Below are positions 37,681 through 47,517 of a stretch of DNA of 64,000 bases, piece after piece. The DNA comes from an uncultured Desulfatitalea sp. (lineage in GTDB: Bacteria; Desulfobacterota; Desulfobacteria; Desulfobacterales; Desulfosarcinaceae). The stretch is taken from assembly GCA_963668675.2 (NCBI GenBank), contig CAXXMB010000002.1, positions 1,632,001-1,696,000 on the forward strand, in the 5' to 3' direction. Within the stretch, counting starts at the first letter, position 1, and each line of letters starts with the position of its first letter. The translations under genes were made by a program, and so were the position numbers. The notes below the pieces were generated by a model. It made no database searches. It was not told where the DNA came from and was given only the letters and a program-made list of their open reading frames with translations.

Positions 37681-39935
37681 GGCTGCATCTCTTCATACTC
37701 GGCCCATGACTGAACCAGGAGGGTGTGAAAATTGGGATAATTCAATACGGACTGCAGGTGACGCATGTGGCCCAGGAATTCACTTCGTGATCGGGTGGCA
37801 TGGCTCTCTTCGGGCGCTAATGCAGACTCGACGCTCTGGGCGATTGCAAAGTCAACCGTAGGGTAATGTTGCAGGATCGGCTCGGCGATGCGCACCACCC
37901 GATCCGGATTGGCGTTGTAGATCATCAAGGCGACCTCGGCAACACCGATGGCCTCGAAATCGCCGCCCAACCCCCCGTCCCGTCGGGTGGGATCAAGGTA
38001 ACGGTAATGGACACTGATCCCCAGAGGAAGGTCGCTGACAGCCTTCACGGCCCTGACGCTCTGCAGCAGCTGATCCAGCAGGTACGTCTCGCTAAGTCCG
38101 AGGTGTGCCAGCTGGTGGGGTTCCAGATCCAGATGAATCCCCTGAAAAGGCAGCGTGGTCAGCCGCTGGACCACGTCCAACAGGCCACTCCTGTGATCGG
38201 GCAGTATCCAGAGCGGCTCTCCCAGAAGCAAATCGACCCGCACGCCTCGGCGCTTCGCCGCGACAATAAGGGTGTGCCATCGCTCACTATAGGCACGGGT
38301 GCCCAGCGCATCGATCTGATCCCTCGTATAGGATACAAGCAAACGATCGATATGGCGATCGATCAAATCAGCCATCAGATCGGGGTTCGTTTCAAAACGA
38401 TCCAGCAAACGCGCGCTGTCCCACGCATACACCGCCAACCTGGGGACAGGGCGAGACGAATCGCGTTCTTCTGCCATCGGCCTCGCAGCCCGGGATCCAT
38501 CCCAGGCATACAGATCGTCCGTCGTGCGGCCCGGCCAGGGAGTCACTCGATTCGATACATCCAAATCACCAGCCGTCCCGGTACCCTCTCCCTGGCCAGG
38601 GAGTGCAGCGACCGGAACCAGACTCAGCAGTCTCGCCTGCTGCTGCAGGCGGAAGGCGAAGGCGTCGATGCTCTCCACGGCCGCCTTATAATAATCGAAA
38701 CGGCTCTTTTGCAGCTGTTCAACCACATCTCCGGTCAAATAGGCATATCGCAGAAGGTTTTCGCGAACCGCCTCCCTGGCGGCCGACAGGCGCTGAACGG
38801 TAAAGGCAATCTGGTTCTTGGCGGATAGGTACTGCCCGAGGATCTCCCGGGCATCTCCCCACAACTGAAACCGCATGGCCGCCATCTGTTGTTTGGCCTT
38901 CTCCAGGGCGGCGCGTGCCGCCCTCCTTTTAGCTGAGGCGGCTTGTCGGACCTTGAGCGGAAAATCGAAATTCACATTTACCCCAACCCCATATCCCGGT
39001 TCACCGGAATTGAATTCTGAAGAGACGCTCGAATAAACCGCAACATGCCCGTTGGCTTGAGACTTGTCGGCCAACGCGACCAGCATTTTTTGATCCTCTA
39101 GTACATCGTTGGCCATCAGCATCCGGGGGTGCTGCTCTGTGATCAAGGCCTCCAGCAACTGTTCGTCCGAGCAGGGCACGGGCACGGCAGGATAGGCCGC
39201 CTTGAACGGTTCAACCGCATCGCCGACCATAAAGCGCAGTGCGCCCAAGGCTCGGTGCTTTAACGCCTGCGATCGCGCCAGATCACGATGGACAAGGGCA
39301 AACTGGGACATAAGGGCCTGGCGGTCGGAATCACGCAAATGGCCGGTCGAAGCGCGCTCCCTGAGTGTGTGGTCCATCTCGGCTCGATTCTGCAAAAACC
39401 GCTCGGCCACTTGTGACTTCTCCTGGGCACTCCAGTAGTTGATATAGTGCATCCGCACAGCGAGCACTGTTTGCCGGATCGTCAGTTCATTCTCGTGCGC
39501 TTTGCCTCTAACTTCGCTCTGCATTTTAACGCTCTGTTCCTGCTCTTTGTTACGCGCCCCCAGGAGCGGATATCTCAAGCCGGCTCTGACGTTGAGGCGC
39601 TGGTAGGAGCGCATATCGTCATCGGTGACCTGCTCACGATATTGACCGACATCGCCTCCTGCGAAAATGCGCCAGCCGCTTTGCGCTTCAACCTGGGTCT
39701 GTGTGTACAGATACTCCTCCAATTCAGCGGCAGCAGCCAGGACCTCCGGTGCACGGGCGGTCGCCGCTTCGAACTCGGACAGATAGCGAACAGCCATTTC
39801 GGACCGACCGGGATCCGGGATCGCAACAGGATCGGCAGCGGCGATGCGGGCAATGGCGAACCACACCAATCCCGCCGCAAAAACCGCCTGGCGCCATTTG
39901 CTTCTCTTCCCGAATCTAGGATTCCCGATCGCCAT
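37677..39935 (-). CDS. TolC-family outer-membrane protein fused to a C-terminal glycoside-hydrolase-like domain
   Basis: Signal peptide; two OEP-like repeats (GLRYPL, NFDFPL); tail with VYAWDS, VDLLLGEPLWI, FQGIHLDLEP. Confidence 0.75.
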   Translation of the reverse strand: MAIGNPRFGKRSKWRQAVFAAGLVWFAIARIAAADPVAIPDPGRSEMAVRYLSEFEAATARAPEVLAAAAELEEYLYTQTQVEAQSGWRIFAGGDVGQYREQVTDDDMRSYQRLNVRAGLRYPLLGARNKEQEQSVKMQSEVRGKAHENELTIRQTVLAVRMHYINYWSAQEKSQVAERFLQNRAEMDHTLRERASTGHLRDSDRQALMSQFALVHRDLARSQALKHRALGALRFMVGDAVEPFKAAYPAVPVPCSDEQLLEALITEQHPRMLMANDVLEDQKMLVALADKSQANGHVAVYSSVSSEFNSGEPGYGVGVNVNFDFPLKVRQAASAKRRAARAALEKAKQQMAAMRFQLWGDAREILGQYLSAKNQIAFTVQRLSAAREAVRENLLRYAYLTGDVVEQLQKSRFDYYKAAVESIDAFAFRLQQQARLLSLVPVAALPGQGEGTGTAGDLDVSNRVTPWPGRTTDDLYAWDGSRAARPMAEERDSSRPVPRLAVYAWDSARLLDRFETNPDLMADLIDRHIDRLLVSYTRDQIDALGTRAYSERWHTLIVAAKRRGVRVDLLLGEPLWILPDHRSGLLDVVQRLTTLPFQGIHLDLEPHQLAHLGLSETYLLDQLLQSVRAVKAVSDLPLGISVHYRYLDPTRRDGGLGGDFEAIGVAEVALMIYNANPDRVVRIAEPILQHYPTVDFAIAQSVESALAPEESHATRSRSEFLGHMRHLQSVLNYPNFHTLLVQSWAEYEEMQP

Positions 39936-39974
39936 ATCCGTATCCCGCTTTACGATGCCTATCCGCCCAGTCCA

Positions 39975-41312
39975 TTAGAATTTTGTCTTTTTCAATACCC
40001 ACCAGGGTGCCATGGACGAATCCAGGTGGGACCGCAAGACGATCTCCTTCAAGGTGGCCAACGCATTCCACACGCGCAAGCCAAAGGTGTAAAACGGCAC
40101 CAGCGGAATGAGCCATAACGACCGCATGTCCTCTCCCGGCCGATCTGAGAGCATACCGACATACAAAAGAAAAAAGGCCAGGGTAATCCCAAGGTAGACC
40201 AAATACACCAGGATCCATACGGCCAGCAGAAAGCCTGGGGAGTACAGGGTGAATACCACCATGCTGTAGCAAATGATGATAAACGGCATCACCAGTTGAA
40301 AGAAGATCCCTGTCCACAGCTGCATGAAGAAATTCCGCCATCCGAATAGCCGAGGGTTGAAGCTCAGAGCGTGTTTGCGGATGTAAAGGTAGTACAAATC
40401 TCCGTCCCAGCGCATGCGTTGGTCGAACAGCCCCCTCCATGTCTCAGGTGCATCCGTATGGCCCATGGCACGGGGTTCGAATACGATTTTCAACCCCGGA
40501 TAACGACCGAAGTAATTCTTGATGCGCATGGTGATATCGAGATCCTCGGCCGTGCCGGCGTCCCAGCCGCCGATCTGTTCGATGAATCGCTTTCGAAATA
40601 TGCCGAAAGCGCCTGAGATGTTGTTGACCACATTGAACTCACTCAGCCCCACCTTGCTGGCGTGGATAGACAACATGTATTCGAGCGCTTGAAACCGGGT
40701 GACCAGATTTTTGGAGGCGTTGCGTACTCGCAGGCTGCCGGCAACACCCACCACACGCTCGTCGTGAAAGCGTGCAACGGCAGCCTGGACCATCGTGTTG
40801 TCAAAGGAGGTGTCCCCGTCCAGGGCCATCACGATATCACCGGTGGCCAACGCCAAACCGGCGTTGAGAGAAGAGACCCTCCCACCGCGCTGCCACTTGG
40901 GGACCACGCGCAGGATACGATGGGGGCGCTGCTGTATATAATGCTTCAATTTCAAAGCCGCTTTGTAGGTGTCCTCGTTTTGCACCGCACCATCGACAAT
41001 AGGGATGATTTCGATCTTTCCGGGGTAGATCTGTTCGGCCAGGGTTCGGATGGTCAGTCCGACATCTTCGCCCTCTGAATAGCAGGTGACCAGGCATGAG
41101 ACGGTCGGGGTGTAAAATTGGCGTTTGCTGACGGAGGGCACTTCACGCAGACCGTAACGGATGATCCCCAACATGATAAACACGTAGACCGGTAATTCGA
41201 AAAAGAGAACATAGGGAATGAATTTCAGGGCGAACGCCATCATCCCGTGATCGAACGGACTGGACAGAAGCAATCTGAGCGTATGCAGCATTTCGGCCAG
41301 CATGTCCATCAT
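39975..41312 (-). CDS. Processive GT2 polysaccharide synthase (PgaC/IcaA/HAS-like)
   Basis: DGDT, AEDLD, QRMRW motifs; N- and C-terminal TM helices. Confidence 0.92.
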   Translation of the reverse strand: MMDMLAEMLHTLRLLLSSPFDHGMMAFALKFIPYVLFFELPVYVFIMLGIIRYGLREVPSVSKRQFYTPTVSCLVTCYSEGEDVGLTIRTLAEQIYPGKIEIIPIVDGAVQNEDTYKAALKLKHYIQQRPHRILRVVPKWQRGGRVSSLNAGLALATGDIVMALDGDTSFDNTMVQAAVARFHDERVVGVAGSLRVRNASKNLVTRFQALEYMLSIHASKVGLSEFNVVNNISGAFGIFRKRFIEQIGGWDAGTAEDLDITMRIKNYFGRYPGLKIVFEPRAMGHTDAPETWRGLFDQRMRWDGDLYYLYIRKHALSFNPRLFGWRNFFMQLWTGIFFQLVMPFIIICYSMVVFTLYSPGFLLAVWILVYLVYLGITLAFFLLYVGMLSDRPGEDMRSLWLIPLVPFYTFGLRVWNALATLKEIVLRSHLDSSMAPWWVLKKTKF

Positions 41313-42730
41313 TCTATGATTTCTCCTTCGAGCCGCGCCATCAGTAGTCTGGCCTTTTCACCCGTCGCCATTTGGGTTGGTGCATGAAAGGTCGTGGTCG
41401 CAAGTTTGAGCCCCGATCCCGTATCGGATTGCAGGGCTAATATTCTGCCTCGCACGACCTGATTGCCTTCGTAATCGGTTTTGGGAAGCAACAGCCACAG
41501 GGTGTATTGGTTCGTGCGGGTGGTCAAATCTGTGGAACGAATCAGCTCACGCACCCGACGGGCAAACTCATCCATCACTTCGCGCACCCTGAGCCGGCCG
41601 ATGCGGTCCGTCAACTCGATGATATTTTGAATTCGGATACCGATGAGACTGAACTGCTCCTCCTTATGGCGCCGGCACAAGGAGAGCAACCAATCTACAA
41701 TGGATTCGAAATAGGATTGGTCTACGTTGTTCAAATCATCGAGCAGGGTGAACACATCATCCACCGAACCGGTGCGTGCGCTGATGCGACCCTTTTCCGT
41801 CAGTTGCAACGCATTGACGGACCTGGGCATCAAATCTTCCGGCGCGCTGGTCGTGTTGCAGTGCATGCAGCGGGCTATGATTTTAGGGTCGATGAAGACG
41901 TGCTGGCATGCATTGCATTGAAAATTTTCCAAGGGCCTGTCGTAATCCGCACCGATATGGCGCAAGCGGGCCGTACACTGAGGACACGTCAATCCTGTCT
42001 GAGAGAGAAACCGTTCCTCCGGTCCAACATGACCGCAGGCAAAGCAATGCAAAAAGGGTTTTTGTTCGATTTCGATGCTTCCACAACTGGGGCAGGTGTC
42101 GATGTAATTCAGATGAACGCCGTCGCACTTGGGACAGTGGCGCAACCGGTCCACTAACCGAACAGGGGCCAGCAGCTTCCTTTCAAGCAGACCCAGCAGC
42201 GTTTGTGTCCCATCGGACGGGGCCATCATCGCCTCGGCAATGGGGTAGCTGTAGTAGCGTTCGTTGCGCCACTCCCCGATCGGATCCAAAGAGGCTGACG
42301 GGCGAGAGTATAGATAAGCGAGCATTCGATAGGGGGCACTCTCCGGATCGGTAAATTGGGATAGATCCAGGTCGGCAAGCAGTCGCTCAATGGGCTTGGC
42401 TTTTTCCAAAGCCTCTTCAATCGTGTCCACCACGCCATCGCACAATCGCTCGACCAATTGCCCCAAGGATTTCAACAAGAAAACAGGCTTCAGGGCCATC
42501 GATGGTTCAGAACGCAAGTTTTTCAGCAACTTGCACGCCTTCGGCGCATCGTGGGTCCCGATCACGAAGCAAGTTGCCTCGGGCAGCTTCTGGCTGAACT
42601 CCAGATAGTTGTTATAGGTCGTTACCGGGACGCTCGCGTTGTTGGCCGCTTTGGCAAAATCGGGGGAAAGCGCAAAGCAGATCGCCCGACGGTCAACCCC
42701 GCTATCTGAATGGGTTATGGCGTGTTCCAT
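41309..42730 (-). CDS. Multi-CxxC zinc-ribbon (TackOD1-like) protein with degenerate GGDEF domain
   Basis: Six CxxC (CPKC, CPSC, CFAC, CPQC, CNAC, CMHC); GGDEF-like tail with RSTD I-site and NQYTL replacing GGDEF. Confidence 0.8.
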   Translation of the reverse strand: MEHAITHSDSGVDRRAICFALSPDFAKAANNASVPVTTYNNYLEFSQKLPEATCFVIGTHDAPKACKLLKNLRSEPSMALKPVFLLKSLGQLVERLCDGVVDTIEEALEKAKPIERLLADLDLSQFTDPESAPYRMLAYLYSRPSASLDPIGEWRNERYYSYPIAEAMMAPSDGTQTLLGLLERKLLAPVRLVDRLRHCPKCDGVHLNYIDTCPSCGSIEIEQKPFLHCFACGHVGPEERFLSQTGLTCPQCTARLRHIGADYDRPLENFQCNACQHVFIDPKIIARCMHCNTTSAPEDLMPRSVNALQLTEKGRISARTGSVDDVFTLLDDLNNVDQSYFESIVDWLLSLCRRHKEEQFSLIGIRIQNIIELTDRIGRLRVREVMDEFARRVRELIRSTDLTTRTNQYTLWLLLPKTDYEGNQVVRGRILALQSDTGSGLKLATTTFHAPTQMATGEKARLLMARLEGEIIE

Positions 42731-42991
42731 TTTTATTTCTGTTTCCCATGAGATTCATTCCCACCGAATGCATTCGTCAGGCAGGCGATGTCTCCTGCCG
42801 GCTCCGAACGCTCTTCAATGCTGAATGATCTTGTAACCTGCATAAATCGTTCGAAATTGCCTCATAACGACCACTCGAGCATCACACAGTCGCACTCCCT
42901 GGCAAGACGATGCATGCGCTACGTTCACATCAAAATGCTTTATGTGGTTATAATTTCGGAAAATTTCGGAAAAACTTGAATGGGAAGATGA

Positions 42992-44554
42992 CTATTTCCC
43001 GGATCTGGGAACGGAAGGAAAACGGCCGGGATCGGTATGGGGAATAAACTTTGCGGCCGAAAAACGGTTCATGAAATCCTGATTGACGTTCAACTCCATA
43101 TAGGTGATGCCGTCGCGGATAGCATCGATGTCAACCACCGCCTCACGGGAAAGCAACGCCAGCGTTGCCCCACCCAGGGAGGTATTGCCAACGGATTTGA
43201 AAGCGGACAGTGGAAGATCGGGCAGCATTCCTATAGTGATCGCGGAGCGGGGATTGATGAACGATCCGAAGGTACCGGCCACATAGAAGCTCCCCAGCTC
43301 GTCGAGAGCGATGCCCATGCTGCCGGTGAGTGTCTCCAGAATCGTGTACATGGCAGCCTTGGAGCGGATCAGACTGTCCATGTCGGCCTGGCTGATACAT
43401 AGGGGCCGGCCGTCGGCAGATGCCTCGGCCGGCACGATGATCACGTGGGCCAAGCCGTCCTGTTCCATCAGCCGGTCACCACAGGCAACAGGCTGGAATT
43501 TACCTCGGATATCGATCATTTCGGATAGGAAGAGCTGGGCCGCCAGATCGATCACGCCGGAACCGCAGATTCCCTTGGGCGGCAACTGCTCGATGGTGTG
43601 AATATCGAAGGTCCGGGTTTCGGGATCGATGCGAATCCGATCGATGACCCCGGGGGCCGCTGTGGTGCCCATGCGCGTAACCCCGCCCTCGAGGGCCGGC
43701 CCGGCAGCCCCGGCGCAGGCCATCATCCACTCCTTGTTCCCCAGTACCACCTCCGCGTTGGTGCCCACATCCACCAGGAGGGCGGTCTCCGACTGACGAT
43801 GCAGACCGGTGAAAAGGATGCCTGAGATCAGATCGCCGCCAAAATAGCTGCCAACGCCGGGAAAGATAAAAATCTGCGCACCGGGGTGCACGGAGATTCC
43901 CAGCTCGGCAGCCGGGATCAAGCCGAAGCGGTTGACGGCCGGAATGTAGGGCTCACGGATAATCCAGTGCGCCGGCAGGCCTGCCAGCAGATGGCTCATG
44001 GCGGTGTTGCCGGCAACCGTAACCAGATGAATCTGCTCGGGGGCCAACGCCGCTGAGCGACACAGCTCGACCACCCCCAGATTCATCCCCTCGGCGATCA
44101 GCTGCTGAAGCTCGTCAAGGCCGCCGCTCTGGTCCGTATGATGAATGCGTGCCAGCACATCCGGTCCGATGGCGGCCTGGGGATTGTCAAACGCATGTTC
44201 GGCCACGATCCGCCGGCTCTCCAAATCCACCAGTCGCATCACCACGCGGGTGGTTCCCAGATCCACAGCAAGACCCGCCAGGGTAGCCTCTTCGCCGGTT
44301 ACATGGATCAGCACACCGCATCCGCGCTCCTTGAAAAGAACGCAGCGCACCTGGTAGTCCGCCTCCCGGAGGATTTGGGGAAGCTGACGCAATAAGGCCA
44401 GATCGACGTGGATCTGATCGACCCCGAGTTCGTGTTTGAGCGCCCGCAACAGCCGGTCGGCATCTGCGGAGTTGTCCGCCAGGGAGGGCGGCTGCAGGGT
44501 CACCTGAACCACCCAGCCAGATGTATTTTCGTCCAATTGTGACAGATCGATCAT
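42992..44554 (-). CDS. ASKHA-domain reductive activator of corrinoid proteins (RACo/DUF4445)
   Basis: AVDLGTT, GPDVLARI, DVGTNAE, AAGPALEG, GICGSG, AGTFG. Confidence 0.9.
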   Translation of the reverse strand: MIDLSQLDENTSGWVVQVTLQPPSLADNSADADRLLRALKHELGVDQIHVDLALLRQLPQILREADYQVRCVLFKERGCGVLIHVTGEEATLAGLAVDLGTTRVVMRLVDLESRRIVAEHAFDNPQAAIGPDVLARIHHTDQSGGLDELQQLIAEGMNLGVVELCRSAALAPEQIHLVTVAGNTAMSHLLAGLPAHWIIREPYIPAVNRFGLIPAAELGISVHPGAQIFIFPGVGSYFGGDLISGILFTGLHRQSETALLVDVGTNAEVVLGNKEWMMACAGAAGPALEGGVTRMGTTAAPGVIDRIRIDPETRTFDIHTIEQLPPKGICGSGVIDLAAQLFLSEMIDIRGKFQPVACGDRLMEQDGLAHVIIVPAEASADGRPLCISQADMDSLIRSKAAMYTILETLTGSMGIALDELGSFYVAGTFGSFINPRSAITIGMLPDLPLSAFKSVGNTSLGGATLALLSREAVVDIDAIRDGITYMELNVNQDFMNRFSAAKFIPHTDPGRFPSVPRSGK

Positions 44555-44648
44555 TGCAGTGTTGTCCCGAATCGTTGACGGTCATCGAAAAATGAGTTGC
44601 TCAAAAGGAGATGTTATATGAGGCAGGCAAACCGGCTGTCAATAGAAG

Positions 44649-44815
44649 CCGTCCCTACGATCGGCTGTCACGCGGCGGGCTGCTTGAAGCGCGATGTCAC
44701 TACCCCTGTCTACTGCATCGGGCGGACATAAAGCCCGCCCCTACGATAATATTTTAAATAAATACAAACTATTGAAAAACAACAAGGCATGTAGGGACGT
44801 GGTTTATTCCAGCCC
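44649..44815. repeat. Cluster of GTAG-type REP units
   Basis: CCGTCCCTAC, GGGCGGACATAAAGCCCGCCCCTAC, GTAGGGACGTGG. Confidence 0.65.
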
Positions 44816-44893
44816 GGTTCGATAGCTCCGAATCCTTAAATCAACAACTTTGGGTCGGAATAGGAAGAATTCCTTCGCTTTAAACTTTCCACT

Positions 44894-45655
44894 TTAAACT
44901 TTAATCTTCTTTACCCTGTCCACCATCTCATCCATAATCTCACCAGCAGGCCCCAACAGCGTCACGTCGCTGATCCGATCGGTCAACACTGTCGATTCGG
45001 GATTGATTTCAATGATAAATGCGCCGCTGTGCTTGGCGATGAGCGGCAGGGAGGCGGCCGGCTCCACGGTGCCCGAGGTGCCGATCACCAGCATCACATC
45101 ACAGCCGGCGGAGAGCAGTTGGGAGCGCTGCAGCAGGTTGGGATCGATCATCTCCCCAAACAGCACCACATCGGGTCGCAGCACGCCGCCGCACCGGCAC
45201 TTGGGCGGAAGATGGTCAAGCGGCACCGCCTTCGCGTCAAGTCTCTGGCTGCATGCTGAGCAGCGCAGGAAAGCATGGGTTCCGTGAAATTCGATGACGT
45301 CGCTGTTGCCGGCCTGCTGGTGCAGCCCATCCACATTCTGGGTGATCACGGTCTGCAAAACGCCGAAATCTTCAAGTTGCTGCAACCCCTTGTGGGCGGC
45401 GTTGGGAGACGCCTTTTCCAGAACGTCGGACATGCCGATGAAGAGAACCTCCCACACTTCGGCCGGATTGTTTTCGAAGGCCGCCACATGGGCATACTTC
45501 ATGGGGTCGATCTTCTCCCACAAACCGCCTTTGCCGCGAAAGGGCGGTATTCCGCTCTCCACGGAGATGCCGGCGCCGGTCAGGGCGACCCCCTTGCGAG
45601 CCCCAGCACAGGCAGCCGCGGCCTGTTCGATGAGTGAAGAAGGTGTTTTCGTCAT
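44894..45655 (-). CDS. cobB: NAD-dependent protein deacylase (sirtuin)
   Basis: TGAGISVESGIPPFRG, TQNVDGLH, HG, Zn-binding cysteines, GTSG.VEPA. Confidence 0.93.
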   Translation of the reverse strand: MTKTPSSLIEQAAAACAGARKGVALTGAGISVESGIPPFRGKGGLWEKIDPMKYAHVAAFENNPAEVWEVLFIGMSDVLEKASPNAAHKGLQQLEDFGVLQTVITQNVDGLHQQAGNSDVIEFHGTHAFLRCSACSQRLDAKAVPLDHLPPKCRCGGVLRPDVVLFGEMIDPNLLQRSQLLSAGCDVMLVIGTSGTVEPAASLPLIAKHSGAFIIEINPESTVLTDRISDVTLLGPAGEIMDEMVDRVKKIKV

Positions 45656-45666
45656 GATATGTCACC

Positions 45667-46506
45667 CTATAGTTCGTATTCCCAGCCAGCACCTACCGCA
45701 GAGCACTGCATATCGACACCCCGCTCGGCGATGATTTTATGGCTGGCGGCCACCATTTCGTCCACTTCGTCGTCGGTGCGCTCCTGATTATGGTGAAACA
45801 GCCCCAGGTCTTTGACTTCTGCCTTGAAAGCCAGTTCCAGGACATCCACATATGACGAGTGGCCCCACTCCATTAGAAGTTTGTACTCCCGTGGCGTATA
45901 TTCGGCATCGTGAATCAGTAGATCCGCCCCGCGGCAAAAATCAAGGTAAGCCGTCGCAGGTAGCCCGCCCGGATGGACGAAGCCCAGCTCGTTGTCGGTC
46001 AGAAAGACAAAGGTTTTTCCATCTTCGATGAATTTGTAGCCCTTGCCGGTGTTGGGGTGGCTGATCTGAATGGGAACCACCGTGACCGAACCGATTTCAA
46101 ACTTCTCGGGGTTACCCTCTTCATGGACGATCTTGGCTTTGAGGTCGGAGTAGCGGACAGGAAAATTGGGGGGCGCCATCACCTTGGAGAACATGCTCTC
46201 CATAAACTTTTTGTGAAACGGCCCGCGATGCATCCGGATTTCCGGATGCTCCAGGAACAGGGGCTTAAAAAAAGGGAATCCCATCAAATGGTCCCAGTGG
46301 CCGTGGGTCAGCAAAAAATTGTACTGATAGCGCCCCTCCTGAATCAAGGCGTTGCCCAGGCGTCGGATGCCGGTGCCGGCGTCGACAATAATGATGTCAT
46401 CACTCTTGGTTCGGATCTCCAGGCAAGTGGTGTCTCCGCCATACTTGATGTACTCTTTCCCCGATACGGGAATGGAGCCCCTCGATCCCCAGCAACGTAT
46501 TCTCAT
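45667..46506 (-). CDS. MBL-fold metallo-hydrolase (phosphodiesterase/RNase Z-like)
   Basis: WGSRGSIP, DAGTG, THGHWDH, HDAEY, WGHS, FHH. Confidence 0.9.
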   Translation of the reverse strand: MRIRCWGSRGSIPVSGKEYIKYGGDTTCLEIRTKSDDIIIVDAGTGIRRLGNALIQEGRYQYNFLLTHGHWDHLMGFPFFKPLFLEHPEIRMHRGPFHKKFMESMFSKVMAPPNFPVRYSDLKAKIVHEEGNPEKFEIGSVTVVPIQISHPNTGKGYKFIEDGKTFVFLTDNELGFVHPGGLPATAYLDFCRGADLLIHDAEYTPREYKLLMEWGHSSYVDVLELAFKAEVKDLGLFHHNQERTDDEVDEMVAASHKIIAERGVDMQCSAVGAGWEYEL

Positions 46507-46543
46507 GGCCGCCCCTTCTGCTTGTCTGTTCGTCAGGTCCTGT

Positions 46544-47413
46544 CTATGCTGCGGTGCGTCCGTAGTAAGTGTACCATGTACCGTCCCATTCCCACTTTCT
46601 TAGAATCTCGACCGGCTGCTGCTTCAGTCGGTATTCGATCTCCCTGGCCTCGGATCGCAGCAGCCCGGAGAGAATGAACTGCTTCTGAAGGCCGAAGCCT
46701 GCGGAGGCAACCAGATCCCGCATCACGGCATAATGAATATTGGATACCATAAGGTCGCTTGGAATGTCCATAAAATCCATGGCATTACCCTGGGCAACCA
46801 GCACTGCCGGCTCCATCCGGTTGGCCACGACATTGCGGCGAGCCGTCTCAACGGCCAAACGGTTCAAGTCAACCGCCACAACAGCATTCGCGCCTAAGCG
46901 TGCCGCAGCCAGCGCCAGCAGGCCGGTGCCAGTGCCGATATCGAGTACGGTCTCCATGGGACCTGCATCGAAGGCGAGCTGCATGGCCGTCAAACAGTCG
47001 CTCGTAGTTGGGTGCTTGCCGGTACCAAAAACCACCCCCGGATCGAGTACGATGGCCTGGCTGCCCATGGCACCGTCATCTTCATGCCAGGGTGGTACGA
47101 AAGAGAGCCTGCCGGACTGAAACGGCTTGACGACATGTCCCTGCCACTCCTCGTAGGTCATCTGAAACCGATCCTGCAACACCAGCTCGGACTGCTGCTC
47201 GATCAAACGCGATACGGTATCGTCGGCCGGCCTACTGAAAAAGAGAAACGAATCGCCACCCTCTTCCCAGTTGCCGATGTAGTCCGACTCGCCGGCCAGC
47301 GGGTCGCCCACAATACGACCATTTAAATAGTAGATATGAAGATCTTCGTAGGGGAAAGTAACAGCAGCGGAACGGTTCATGGCAGGATCGGGTGCGGATA
47401 GCGTCTCGTTCAT
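46544..47413 (-). CDS. PrmA-like SAM-dependent protein methyltransferase
   Basis: PPW, LDPGVVFGTGKHPTT, LDIGTGTGLL, SNI, ILSG. Confidence 0.85.
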   Translation of the reverse strand: MNETLSAPDPAMNRSAAVTFPYEDLHIYYLNGRIVGDPLAGESDYIGNWEEGGDSFLFFSRPADDTVSRLIEQQSELVLQDRFQMTYEEWQGHVVKPFQSGRLSFVPPWHEDDGAMGSQAIVLDPGVVFGTGKHPTTSDCLTAMQLAFDAGPMETVLDIGTGTGLLALAAARLGANAVVAVDLNRLAVETARRNVVANRMEPAVLVAQGNAMDFMDIPSDLMVSNIHYAVMRDLVASAGFGLQKQFILSGLLRSEAREIEYRLKQQPVEILRKWEWDGTWYTYYGRTAA

Positions 47414-47425
47414 GGTTAAATAGCT

Positions 47426-47453
47426 GTAGGGGCGCGATGCATCGTGCCTCTAC
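47426..47453. repeat. GTAG-type REP palindrome
   Basis: GTAGGGGCGCGATGCATCGTGCCTCTAC. Confidence 0.75.
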
Positions 47454-47517
47454 CAATGCTCTGCACGCTGCTCTGCAATCCCTTGCCAGCTCAGGATATG
47501 GAGTTTTCCGGCTTAAG

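Noticed and set aside
44620..44660. c-di-GMP-I riboswitch suggested by GGCAAACC
   Set aside because: No GNRA tetraloop/receptor second stem; the region is REP-derived
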